Source: Bacteroidales bacterium
GTDB taxonomy: Bacteria; Bacteroidota; Bacteroidia; Bacteroidales; UBA3824
Direction of reading: 5' to 3'
Assembly: GCA_045597465.1 (NCBI GenBank)
Contig: JAZLKG010000010.1
Location: forward strand, 6,749-70,748
Length of the DNA: 64,000 bases
Of the stretch, positions 9,420-18,774 are shown piece after piece. The translations under genes were made by a program, and so were the position numbers. Position 1 is the first letter of the stretch; the number at the start of each line of letters is the position of its first letter. The notes under the pieces are model-generated. The model had not been told where the DNA came from and made no database searches. It was given only the letters and a program-made list of their open reading frames with translations.

Positions 9420-9916
9420 TGCAGGATTTCGCAGCAATAGATTTCGAGACGGCCAACAACGAGCGCAGCAGCGTTTGTTCCGTAGGAATCGTTATAGTAA
9501 GAAACGGTGAGATTGTGGATAGTTTCTACTCGCTGATTCAGCCCGAGCCAAACTATTACAATTACCATTGTCAGATGGTTCACGGCCTATCGGAGGCTGA
9601 TACCGACAGCGCAGAGGTTTTCCCGTATGTCTGGGAGAATATTGCGCACAAGATAGAGGGGCTTCCCCTCGTAGCCCACAACGCAGCCTTCGACGAGAGC
9701 TGTCTGAAGGCCGTTTTCAGGACCTATCAGATGGACTATCCCGACTATGAGTTCCACTGCACGTGCAAGGCCGCCAAGAAGGCATTCCCCAAGCCGACAG
9801 TGCCCAACCATCAGCTGCACACGATATCAGCGCTCTGCGGCTACAACCTCGAAAACCACCACCACGCCCTGGCCGACGCCGAGGCATGCGCATATATCGC
9901 GATGAGGATTCTATAA
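9419..9916 (+). CDS. DnaQ-like 3'-5' exonuclease (DEDDh)
   Basis: Motifs IDFETAN, HNAAFDESCL and HHALADAEAC. The ATG overlaps the upstream TAA (TAATG). Confidence 0.85.
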   Translation: MQDFAAIDFETANNERSSVCSVGIVIVRNGEIVDSFYSLIQPEPNYYNYHCQMVHGLSEADTDSAEVFPYVWENIAHKIEGLPLVAHNAAFDESCLKAVFRTYQMDYPDYEFHCTCKAAKKAFPKPTVPNHQLHTISALCGYNLENHHHALADAEACAYIAMRIL

Positions 9917-9933
9917 CAATTACGAAATCCGTA

Positions 9934-10539
9934 TCAGTAGTTGTAATCCACTCTCATACGGCGGAAATCCAAACTATCTATTTTTGAAGGAAGGGGAACA
10001 AAATCCTCTTCCTTTATTTTTATACCGACAGAATCAGCCATCTCCAAATCCCTGACTCTCAGGAAACCGATAGTATGACGGCGGTAATTCTGGATAGGCA
10101 GCTCCACCATTTGCATATTCCAGTCGTAGGCCTTCATGAGGAAAGGCTCTTCGTCTATTGCCAAGGTGTCGCCCTCGATGGCGGCCAGGGAATCCAAGGC
10201 GTAATCCAGCTCGCCGCTCTCCCACTTGAAATCGTTGACATAGAAAAAGTCAATAGCGGGAATCGAAAATGCGTAAGTCTTCTCGCGGCCCGTAATCCAC
10301 TGTCCGGTGACCAAGGCAGTATCAGCCCCGTTAATGTAAAAGTGCTGATACGTGCTGTCGGCGTTGAAAACGAAATAATCCAGTCCCTTGGATTCGGGAT
10401 AGTAATATACGCCGGCGTATTTATCGAGATCGTAGGTATAAGTGGGCTCGTGGTTGCAATAGCACATAATGCCGCCAAACAGCAGAATCACAAGCAAAAA
10501 CACCACAATGGCTGCTATAACAAAAATCGTTGTAATCAT
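9934..10539 (-). CDS. Hypothetical N-terminally membrane-anchored protein
   Basis: 201-aa ORF with the TM helix ITTIFVIAAIVVFLLVILLFGGIM. No family recognised. Confidence 0.5.
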   Translation of the reverse strand: MITTIFVIAAIVVFLLVILLFGGIMCYCNHEPTYTYDLDKYAGVYYYPESKGLDYFVFNADSTYQHFYINGADTALVTGQWITGREKTYAFSIPAIDFFYVNDFKWESGELDYALDSLAAIEGDTLAIDEEPFLMKAYDWNMQMVELPIQNYRRHTIGFLRVRDLEMADSVGIKIKEEDFVPLPSKIDSLDFRRMRVDYNY

Positions 10540-10564
10540 AGGGGAATTATTTAATTATTGATTG

Positions 10565-10592
10565 GTAGAGACGGACCGCGGTCCGTCTCTAC
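10565..10592. repeat. 28-nt perfect palindrome (REP-like family)
   Basis: gtagagacggaccg|cggtccgtctctac. Confidence 0.85.
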
Positions 10593-10684
10593 AGATTTCC
10601 TGGCAAAGATAAAAAATAATATTGCAACCTAAATATTATTTTCCTAACTTTGTGACCGAAAACTTTTTAAAACTAATATTTTAT

Positions 10685-13054
10685 ATGAAAAAACTTATGA
10701 CAATTGCCCTGGCGGCTATGGCGATATCAGCCAACGCTCAGGACAAACTCTATTCCAACGAGTTTCCACTCGGAGACGTAACCATCAACAGCGGCGTATT
10801 GAAGCACGCCCGCGACCTCAACATCGAGACTCTCCTGAAATACGACTGCGACCGCCTGATGGCGCCTTACCGCAAGGAGGCCGGGCTGGAGCCAAAGGCC
10901 AAGACTTATCCCAACTGGGACGGTCTCGACGGCCACGTGGGTGGTCATTACCTGACAGCCATGGCCATAAACGCCGCCACCGGCAACGAGGAGTGCCGCC
11001 GCCGCATGGAGTACATTATCAGCGAGATAGCAGAGTGCGCCGAGGCCAACAACAAGAACCATCCCGACTGGGGAAAGGGCTACATGGGCGGTATGCCAAA
11101 CAGCGAGAACATCTGGAAAAACTTCAAGAAGGGCGACTTCGGCGTTTACTGGGGATCGTGGGCTCCGTTCTACAACCTCCACAAGATGTACGCCGGCCTG
11201 CGCGACGCATGGCTCTACTGCGGCAACGAGAAGGCCAAGGAGCTTTTCCTCCAGTTCTGCGACTGGGCCTGCGACCTTACAGCCAACCTCAGCGACCAGC
11301 AGATGGAAGGCATGCTTGGCAACGAGCACGGCGGCATGAACGAGGTTATTGCTGATGCCTACGCCATCACCGGAAACCAGAAATACCTCGACTGCGCCAA
11401 GCGTTTCAGTCACAAGCGTCTCATGACTCCAATGAGTCAGCATCAGGACGCCCTTACAAACATGCACGCCAATACTCAGGTGCCCAAGGCAATTGGTTTT
11501 GAGCGAATTGCCGAGCTCTCCGGCGACGAGACCTACCACGAGGCAGGATCATATTTCTGGGAGAATGTTACATACACAAGATCTCTCGCATTTGGAGGCA
11601 ACAGCCGCCGCGAGCATTTCCCATCGGCCGAGGGCTGCATGGATTTCATCAACGACATCGACGGTCCCGAAAGCTGCAACACCAACAACATGCTGAAACT
11701 CACCGAGGATCTCCACCGCAGAAATCCCGAGGCCAGATATGCCGATTATTACGAGTTGGCCACATTCAACCACATTCTCTCCAGCCAGCACCCTGAGCAC
11801 GGCGGATATGTTTACTTTACTCCCGCTCGTCCACGCCATTACAGAAACTACTCGGCTCCCAACATGGCCATGTGGTGCTGCGTGGGCACAGGTATGGAAA
11901 ACCACGGAAAATACGGTCAGTTTATCTACACACACGTGGACAACACATTGTTTGTAAATCTCTTCGTGGCCTCCTCGTTGAACTGGAAGGAGAAGGGCCT
12001 GATGCTTACTCAATCCACAGAGTTCCCTTACTCGGAGACCAGCCAGATTACAGTGGACGCCGCTCCAAAATCTGAGGTTACCATCAACGTGAGATATCCA
12101 AACTGGGTGGCTCCCGGCAAGATGAGCGTGAAGGTAAACGGTCAGCCAGTAAAGATCGTTACCGGCCCATCGTCATACATCAGCATCAGCCGCAAGTGGA
12201 AAAAGGGCGATAGGATCGACATCAACTTCCCTATGCACAACAGCATTCAGTACCTGCCCAACCAGCCTCAGTACATCGCCATCATGCACGGACCAATCCT
12301 CCTTGGCATGAAGACCGGCACCGAGGACCTCGCAAGCCTCATCGCCGACGACAGCCGTTTTGGTCAGTATGCAGGCGGCAAGAAACTCGCCATCAACGAG
12401 GCTCCAATCCTCATCAACGAAGACGCCAGCCAGATTGCGAATCAGCTGAAACCTGTAAGCGGCAAGCCTCTGCACTTCCGCCTGGAGACCAAGACCATCA
12501 ACGCCATCGACAACGAGCTTCAGCCTTTCTTCGAGATTCACGACAGCCGCTACATGATTTACTGGCTGGCCCTCTCAGAGAACAAATACAAGGACTACCT
12601 CGCCGACCTGGCCAAGAAGGAGCAGGAGCGCAAGGACTTGGAAGACAGAACAGCTGACAAGGTTCAGCCCGGCGAGCAGCAGCCTGAAACCGACCACCGC
12701 ATGGAGACCGACAACTCTTACACCGGCAACACCAACGACTGTTTCTGGCGCGACGCCAACAACGGTCACTACTTCAGCTACCTGATGAAGACCGACGGCC
12801 TCACCGACCTGAAGATCCGCCTCAAATACTGGGGCGTTGGCGAGTGGAAGAGCCACGAGTTCGATATCATGATCGACGACGTTCTGGTACACTCCGTAAA
12901 CAACACCGGCAAATACCGTATCAGCGAGTTCAAGGCCGAGACCTACGACATCCCAGCCTCAGTGCTTCAGGGCAAGAGTCAGGTCCGCGTAAAATTCGTC
13001 GCCAAGCCCAACAAGCAGATCGGCGAGATTTACGAGGTAAGACTGGTGAAGTAA
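10685..13054 (+). CDS. Glycoside hydrolase family 127-like (DUF1680, beta-L-arabinofuranosidase type)
   Basis: Signal peptide MKKLMTIALAAMAISANAQ. GH127-type segments HGGYVYFTP and MWCCVGTGMENH. Long C-terminal beta-sandwich extension. Confidence 0.8.
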   Translation: MKKLMTIALAAMAISANAQDKLYSNEFPLGDVTINSGVLKHARDLNIETLLKYDCDRLMAPYRKEAGLEPKAKTYPNWDGLDGHVGGHYLTAMAINAATGNEECRRRMEYIISEIAECAEANNKNHPDWGKGYMGGMPNSENIWKNFKKGDFGVYWGSWAPFYNLHKMYAGLRDAWLYCGNEKAKELFLQFCDWACDLTANLSDQQMEGMLGNEHGGMNEVIADAYAITGNQKYLDCAKRFSHKRLMTPMSQHQDALTNMHANTQVPKAIGFERIAELSGDETYHEAGSYFWENVTYTRSLAFGGNSRREHFPSAEGCMDFINDIDGPESCNTNNMLKLTEDLHRRNPEARYADYYELATFNHILSSQHPEHGGYVYFTPARPRHYRNYSAPNMAMWCCVGTGMENHGKYGQFIYTHVDNTLFVNLFVASSLNWKEKGLMLTQSTEFPYSETSQITVDAAPKSEVTINVRYPNWVAPGKMSVKVNGQPVKIVTGPSSYISISRKWKKGDRIDINFPMHNSIQYLPNQPQYIAIMHGPILLGMKTGTEDLASLIADDSRFGQYAGGKKLAINEAPILINEDASQIANQLKPVSGKPLHFRLETKTINAIDNELQPFFEIHDSRYMIYWLALSENKYKDYLADLAKKEQERKDLEDRTADKVQPGEQQPETDHRMETDNSYTGNTNDCFWRDANNGHYFSYLMKTDGLTDLKIRLKYWGVGEWKSHEFDIMIDDVLVHSVNNTGKYRISEFKAETYDIPASVLQGKSQVRVKFVAKPNKQIGEIYEVRLVK

Positions 13055-13080
13055 GGAAGACCACTTATACGCATTCGCAC

Positions 13081-13108
13081 GTATAGACGCACGGCCGTGC
13101 GTCTATAC
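13081..13108. repeat. 28-nt perfect palindrome (REP-like family)
   Basis: gtatagacgcacgg|ccgtgcgtctatac, 27 nt after the GH127 stop. Confidence 0.85.
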
Positions 13109-13122
13109 AAAACAACAAAAAA

Positions 13123-13164
13123 ATTTCCCCGGCCTCGGAAAAACATTTCCGAAGCCGGGGAAAT
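13123..13164. terminator. Bidirectional intrinsic terminator hairpin
   Basis: atttccccggcctcgg / ccgaagccggggaaat (1 mismatch), flanked by A- and T-runs and sitting between convergent genes. Confidence 0.7.
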
Positions 13165-13192
13165 ATTTTATATAATTTCCTGAAAAATCAAA

Positions 13193-16100
13193 CTATCTCA
13201 TAGGAGGACGTCCGCCACCAAAACCCCCGCCGAATCCACCGCCGCCGTTGCCACCTGGACGACCGCCACCATTGCCGGGTCCGAATCCGCCGCCGTTGCC
13301 GGGACCAAATCCGCCATCTGAGCCTGCCTCTGGAGCCTTGCCCTTGTCACCCTTGTTTTTGGTAAAACGCCATACCACGTGCAAGAGAGCATACGATGGT
13401 ATCACATTGCTGTATGTCTCTGTATGGCCCTGAGCGTTTACAGTGTAGCGTATATTGCTCAGGTTGTGGAGAAGGTCGAAGGCGTCGAGCATCAGGGTAA
13501 GCTTGCCCTTGCAGATGCTCTTGCTCAAACGGGCGTTCCACACCAGCTCGTCGGTATTCATCTCGGCGCCCGACATACCGCGGCGCGAATACATTGTAAG
13601 GTCGGACGAAAGCTGGAATCCAATAGGAAGCTGAATCTGGAGTGTTCCACCGTAGTTTACATTCCACACATTCTGGGCCTGGAAACCGGCACGCTCCGAC
13701 TTTGTTTTGGTGTTGCTGACAGTAGAGCTAAGTCCAAACTGGAACACGCCGTTGGGCTTGCAGTCGTATCTCAAACTTCCCTGTGTATTGTGGCTGCCGA
13801 CTACCGAGCGCACAGGATCAGTTGCCGAGGCAGAAGAGCTCGACAGGTCCACGCTGTTGGTAAAGCCATAGCTTGCATTTACATTCACCACGTTGCGCTG
13901 ATCATTGTCTAATGGGACAGAAGCGCCAATGGATGAGTTGAACCTCCAGTTGCCATCCACATTCTGTGGAGTACGCACCCTAACACCAGTGGTTGGATTG
14001 TACACATAGCCCATCGCCACGTCGTTGCTGGAGGCCTGGAACTCCACCGAAGAATTAAACTGGTACCTGTCGGCAAACTTGTCGCGGTAACGGGCATTCA
14101 GTCTGTGCGATACCGAGTTCTCCAAGTTAGGATTACCATGAGTGATATTGAGAGGGTCGCGTGTATCCACCAGGTCCACCGTCTGGGTAAGTTCTGGCGA
14201 GCTGAAATTGAGGCTGTACGAAATGTTTATCGATTGACCCTTCTGCCAGTTGTTTTTCATGAAATTGATGCTTGGCTGTGCAAAAGTCGTTGTGCGGCTG
14301 AGCACTGTATCCACACCGCCCTTCTGGTAATCGATGTTCTCGGCCTTGGTGGGCACCGAGAGTCTGAGACTGATATTGGTGAAACCACCCTGCTGGGCCC
14401 TCAGCCTGAAACCATAGCTGAGCTCGGGTGTGCCTGTGTTTATGGTGGTGTGGGTATATGCGCTGTTGGTGATATCCTTGCTGTTCAGGAGCTGCTCCCT
14501 TACCGATGGCAGCATGCCAAGCTCGCGGTCGCCATTGTTCCATCCCTCTACAAGATCGAGCAAATAGCGGGACTGGTTGGTCTCGGTATTGCTGAAATTG
14601 TATGAATAGCTGGCCGATACACTATGTTTCATATCCTCGTCGAGCGTGTAGTTTACACCAGCAGTAGCGCTTGCCTTGTTGGAGTTGGAGAAATTGTTGT
14701 TGTATCGCATGTTGTCGGAGCCGGTGCCATTCTTTGGCTGATCGAGCAGGTAGTGCTCGAAGCTTGGAGTGCTGTTGTCGCTGAAATCATAGCTGGCGTT
14801 GGCATTGAACATCACCCTGTCGTTGTAGAGAGGCGATGCGTTGGCGCGGGCATTGGCCCTCATGGTCCACTCGTGGCCCTCTCCGTCGGCGCGTGTAACG
14901 GTGCGGTTGATGGCATACATGGTAAGGAGGTCGCTGGCTGTAGGATCCAGCAGCTCGTCGAGCCACTGCTTGCCCCATTCATCGCGAATGTCCTTGTCGA
15001 GGTTGGCCGAGGCGTTTATGGAGTTGTTCTCGTACTTGTGGTAGCTGGCGCTCACGTTGGCATCAGCAAACACATTCTTGAAAGTATTTAGCACCGGCCT
15101 AGTGCGCTGGTTGTAGTTGAACCTGTGCTGAGTCTGCACCCTGGTGTCATAAGAGTTTCTAAGGTTGTAGTTGCGTCCGAAAGTGGAGTTGGTGGTCTGC
15201 GATTTCTGGTCGAAAATCTCCTGGGTGCTGTTTCCCCAGGTGTTGTTGGTGCTCTCGGAGTATGTTACATTTCCGCTGCCGTTGTACCTCATGATGTCGC
15301 CCTCGGAATACCTGTTGCCGGTAACACCGAGTTTGTAGGTCTCCATGAGGCCAGTGCTCTGGGACAGAGGAGTCCAGCTGCCCTGGTCGCCCGGATCGCG
15401 GTAATCGTTAAGGTTGTTTATGTTGGCGAAAATAGACAGGCGCGACTTGTCGGAGAATCTCGATGCGAAAAGCCTGGCCAGATACTTGTCGGCCTCGAAA
15501 CTCTCCACGTCGTACATAGATGCGCCCAGACCGCCCTCCAGGTTGAAGATCCATCCCTTGGAGTACTCTCGCTTCATCTTCACGTTCATCACAGTCTCTT
15601 TCTCCACCTGATCCTCCATGGCTGTGCCCACATACTCGCGCGGAGTCTGCTCGTGCACGCCAATGTTCTTTATCATGTATGCCGGCAGGTTCTCCAGGAA
15701 AAGCTCCTTGTCCTGGTCGAGGAGCTCGCGTCCGTTGAGCTGAAGCTCGCTCACCTTCTTGCCGTTCACGTAGATCTCGCCGCCGTCCTTGAGCTCCACG
15801 CCGGGCAGCTTCTTTATGAGCGCGTCGAGCATGGAACCCTCCGCCATCTGGAATGCGGTTGCGTCGTACACCAGGGTGTCGCCGCTGGTATAGAACTTCA
15901 GCCTGGTGGCCGTTACAGTGACCTCGTCGAGCTGAACCTCGTCCAGCTTGGTCTCCTTCTGCATGTATATCACATCAAGATTGCGGAATTTCTCGTTCTT
16001 GTGGAACTTGTCCAAACTGAAATTGACGTACTTAACCTTGAACTCGGGCGCCCAGATACGTATCTGGTAATCGCCGGTCTGGGTTACAGTAAATGAGAAA

Positions 16101-16327
16101 CTGCTGTTGCGGCGGTTTCCCCAGCCCCATATACGCACATCGGCCGTGTCGATGCAGCGTCCGTCTTTAATGATTTCAACTATCATGGTGTCGACGGCTT
16201 TCTGCGACAGAAAGTCCTTCACCTCTGCATTTACCTGAAGCTTCTGACTTGTTGGCTCGTCCCCCTGGGCCCATGCGCATACCGACAGGCCGCAGATCAT
16301 GACAAGCAACGACAATAACTTTTTCAT
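13193..16327 (-). CDS. Outer membrane beta-barrel protein (TonB-dependent-receptor-like, CarboxypepD_reg N-domain) with Gly-rich tail
   Basis: 1044 aa. Signal peptide, N-terminal Ig-like/carboxypeptidase-regulatory-like region, plug-like segment DTLVYDATAF...LPGV, a long beta-barrel and a C-terminal GGFGPGNGGG tail. Confidence 0.75.
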   Translation of the reverse strand: MKKLLSLLVMICGLSVCAWAQGDEPTSQKLQVNAEVKDFLSQKAVDTMIVEIIKDGRCIDTADVRIWGWGNRRNSSFSFTVTQTGDYQIRIWAPEFKVKYVNFSLDKFHKNEKFRNLDVIYMQKETKLDEVQLDEVTVTATRLKFYTSGDTLVYDATAFQMAEGSMLDALIKKLPGVELKDGGEIYVNGKKVSELQLNGRELLDQDKELFLENLPAYMIKNIGVHEQTPREYVGTAMEDQVEKETVMNVKMKREYSKGWIFNLEGGLGASMYDVESFEADKYLARLFASRFSDKSRLSIFANINNLNDYRDPGDQGSWTPLSQSTGLMETYKLGVTGNRYSEGDIMRYNGSGNVTYSESTNNTWGNSTQEIFDQKSQTTNSTFGRNYNLRNSYDTRVQTQHRFNYNQRTRPVLNTFKNVFADANVSASYHKYENNSINASANLDKDIRDEWGKQWLDELLDPTASDLLTMYAINRTVTRADGEGHEWTMRANARANASPLYNDRVMFNANASYDFSDNSTPSFEHYLLDQPKNGTGSDNMRYNNNFSNSNKASATAGVNYTLDEDMKHSVSASYSYNFSNTETNQSRYLLDLVEGWNNGDRELGMLPSVREQLLNSKDITNSAYTHTTINTGTPELSYGFRLRAQQGGFTNISLRLSVPTKAENIDYQKGGVDTVLSRTTTFAQPSINFMKNNWQKGQSINISYSLNFSSPELTQTVDLVDTRDPLNITHGNPNLENSVSHRLNARYRDKFADRYQFNSSVEFQASSNDVAMGYVYNPTTGVRVRTPQNVDGNWRFNSSIGASVPLDNDQRNVVNVNASYGFTNSVDLSSSSASATDPVRSVVGSHNTQGSLRYDCKPNGVFQFGLSSTVSNTKTKSERAGFQAQNVWNVNYGGTLQIQLPIGFQLSSDLTMYSRRGMSGAEMNTDELVWNARLSKSICKGKLTLMLDAFDLLHNLSNIRYTVNAQGHTETYSNVIPSYALLHVVWRFTKNKGDKGKAPEAGSDGGFGPGNGGGFGPGNGGGRPGGNGGGGFGGGFGGGRPPMR

Positions 16328-16429
16328 AATTTTGATGATTGTTCTATAATAAATATTAATGGTTATGTAATCGAAAACAAATAATTGACTAACGAAATGG
16401 CTTAGAGTTTAAAAAAATAATAAAAAAAA

Positions 16430-16459
16430 GAGGCATGGATATAAAAAAATCCATGCCTC
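16430..16459 (-). terminator. Intrinsic terminator downstream of pyrI
   Basis: gaggcatggat / atccatgcctc stem followed by a T-run on the minus strand. Confidence 0.7.
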
Positions 16460-16520
16460 TCCCGCGCCTCAGCAAAGGCTTAATGATATCTATCCATGCC
16501 CGGACGTATCCAGGCATCAG

Positions 16521-16979
16521 CTACAATAAGATGAAATGCTCGCTGTCTGTAATCTTGCCGCAATAGTGGCACCTCAGGGATACTGAGTCGCCCTTCAGCA
16601 CCTCAAACTTGGTGGACATGGGCTCCGAGTTGGTTATGCACTTTGGATTGATGCACCTGCACAGGCCCTCCACTGTATCAGGCAGCTCCACAGGCTTCTT
16701 GTCGGTGACCTCGTAGTTGCGGATTATGTTCAGGTTGGCGGTAGGGGCTATCAGGGCTATCTTGTTGATCTCGCTGCCGGCGAAAAACTTGTCGGCCACC
16801 TTTATGATGGCCTTCTTGCCCATAGACTTGGACTCCAGATTGCCGCCAAATGTCACCTGGTTGGGCATGTGCTCGAAATCCAGAATCTTAATAACCTTGA
16901 AAAGGTCCTTGGCAGGAATATGGTCGATCACGGTGCCGTCCTTTATGGCACTCACAATAAGTTCCTTCTTGTCGTTCAT
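16521..16979 (-). CDS. pyrI: Aspartate carbamoyltransferase regulatory subunit
   Basis: Start at MNDKKELIVSAIKDGTVIDHI. C-terminal Zn-binding pattern C.NP.C....E...C.YC. Adjacent to pyrB. Confidence 0.9.
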   Translation of the reverse strand: MNDKKELIVSAIKDGTVIDHIPAKDLFKVIKILDFEHMPNQVTFGGNLESKSMGKKAIIKVADKFFAGSEINKIALIAPTANLNIIRNYEVTDKKPVELPDTVEGLCRCINPKCITNSEPMSTKFEVLKGDSVSLRCHYCGKITDSEHFILL

Positions 16980-17033
16980 GGTAATGATGGAATAATGGTG
17001 ATACAAAAAAACAGTACTCTTATGCCGTCCATG

Positions 17034-17945
17034 CTACTTCTTGAGGCCCAGCACGTATGATATCACGGCCTGACGCGCGTACACTCCGTTCATGGCCTGC
17101 TCGAAATAGTAGGCATGCTCGTTGGCATCCACATCCTGGCTAATCTCGTTGATGCGTGGCAGCGGATGCAGTATCTTCATGGAAGGCTTGGCGTTGGCCA
17201 GCATCGAGTTTTTCAATACATAGAAATCCTTTGTCTTCTCGTATTCCACCTGGTCGGTGAACCTCTCCTTCTGCACACGTGTCATGTATATGATGTCGGC
17301 CTCGGGTATCAGGTCGGCAAACTGCTCGTGCTCAAAATACCTCACGCCCTTGCTGTCGAGATACTGCTTGTACTCTTCGGGCATGCGGAGCTTCTGATGC
17401 GACACGAAATGGAAGACCGGATTGAACGGGGCCATCGCCTGCACCAGCGAGTGCACCGTGCGTCCGTACTTGAGGTCGCCCACCATGAAGATGTTGATAT
17501 TGTCGAGCCGTCCCTGAGTCTTCTTTATAGAATACATGTCGAGCAGAGTCTGTGTAGGGTGCTGATGCGCGCCGTCCCCCGCATTCACCACCGGCACAGT
17601 GGCCACCTCGCTCGCATACCTGCTGCTGCCCTCCAGCGGATGGCGCATCACTATCAGGTCGCAGTAGTTGGATACTATCCTTATGGTGTCCTTCAGGGTC
17701 TCGCCCTTGGAAACACTGGATATATTGGGATCGGAAAAACCAATCACACGACCGCCCATGCGGTTTACAGCGCTCTCGAAACTGAGGCGGGTGCGGGTGC
17801 TGGGCTCAAAAAACAGAGTGGACACCACCTTGCCGTCCAGGAGATGCGGCTCGGGCCTTTTCTCGAAATCCGCGGCTATCTCCAATACCCTGAGTATCTC
17901 GTCGGTAGAGAAATCGGTGATAGAGATCAGACTATTATTTTCCAT
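17034..17945 (-). CDS. pyrB: Aspartate carbamoyltransferase catalytic subunit
   Basis: Start at MENNSLISI. Motifs [24 protein letters not shown] and HPLPR. Confidence 0.95.
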   Translation of the reverse strand: MENNSLISITDFSTDEILRVLEIAADFEKRPEPHLLDGKVVSTLFFEPSTRTRLSFESAVNRMGGRVIGFSDPNISSVSKGETLKDTIRIVSNYCDLIVMRHPLEGSSRYASEVATVPVVNAGDGAHQHPTQTLLDMYSIKKTQGRLDNINIFMVGDLKYGRTVHSLVQAMAPFNPVFHFVSHQKLRMPEEYKQYLDSKGVRYFEHEQFADLIPEADIIYMTRVQKERFTDQVEYEKTKDFYVLKNSMLANAKPSMKILHPLPRINEISQDVDANEHAYYFEQAMNGVYARQAVISYVLGLKK

Positions 17946-18069
17946 ACTTTTACAAATTGTATTAGTTGATAATTTCTGAAATGCAAATATAATAAACTTC
18001 CTTGAAAAAAATAGCCACGGATAGAAAAAAATTGCTACAAAAAAAATACTGACCAAACCAAAAATTATA

Positions 18070-18077
18070 TATCTTTG
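18070..18077 (+). promoter_or_regulatory. -7 box TAtcTTTG
   Basis: 32 nt upstream of ATG 18109. Confidence 0.45.
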
Positions 18078-18108
18078 CAGATTGAAACCCCGAAAGAATT
18101 ATTACACA

Positions 18109-18762
18109 ATGGAATCATACAAAAACGCCCCCCGCTACCTGGTGTCGGTAGATTGCGTGATATTCGGCTACGAGAACGAACAGCTGAAAGTGCTGCTGTG
18201 TCCGCGCCAGGTGGAGCCCAACTATGGCGCGTGGTCGCTCATGGGCGGTTTCGTGATGCCCGACGAGAGCCTCAACCAGGCCGCCACACGGGTGCTGAGG
18301 AGCACCGTAGGCCTCGAGAACATATACCTGGAGCAGGTGAGGACATTCTCGGAGCCCGGACGCGACACCGGAGGCAGGGTGATAAGCCAGGCCTATTTCG
18401 CCCTGATACGCATATCGGAGCAGGACCGCAGGCTGGTAAGGAGCAAGGGCGCGCAGTGGTGGGAGATAGGACAGCTGCCACAGCTGATATTCGACCACCA
18501 GGAGATGGTGGACGAATCGCTCAGGAAACTACAGCAGGTGGCCTTCACCGACCTCATAGGCCGGGAGCTGCTGCCCGAGAAATTCACCCTCTCGCAGCTC
18601 CACAAGCTATACAGCGTGATATTCGGCAAGACATTCGACTCGGCCAACTTCCGCAAGAAGATACTGGCAACCCAGCAGCTGGAAAAACTCAACGAGAAGG
18701 AAACAATGTCGAGCAAGAAGGGCGCATTCTACTACAGATTCAAGAACGGGCCCGAGCAATAA
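18109..18762 (+). CDS. Nudix-fold protein with degenerate Nudix box and C-terminal winged-helix (NrtR-like regulator)
   Basis: The box GFVMPDESLNQAATRVLRSTVGL has RVLRST where the consensus is REUxEE. The C-terminal part resembles the NrtR wHTH. Confidence 0.7.
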   Translation: MESYKNAPRYLVSVDCVIFGYENEQLKVLLCPRQVEPNYGAWSLMGGFVMPDESLNQAATRVLRSTVGLENIYLEQVRTFSEPGRDTGGRVISQAYFALIRISEQDRRLVRSKGAQWWEIGQLPQLIFDHQEMVDESLRKLQQVAFTDLIGRELLPEKFTLSQLHKLYSVIFGKTFDSANFRKKILATQQLEKLNEKETMSSKKGAFYYRFKNGPEQ

Positions 18763-18774
18763 ACACACACCAGG

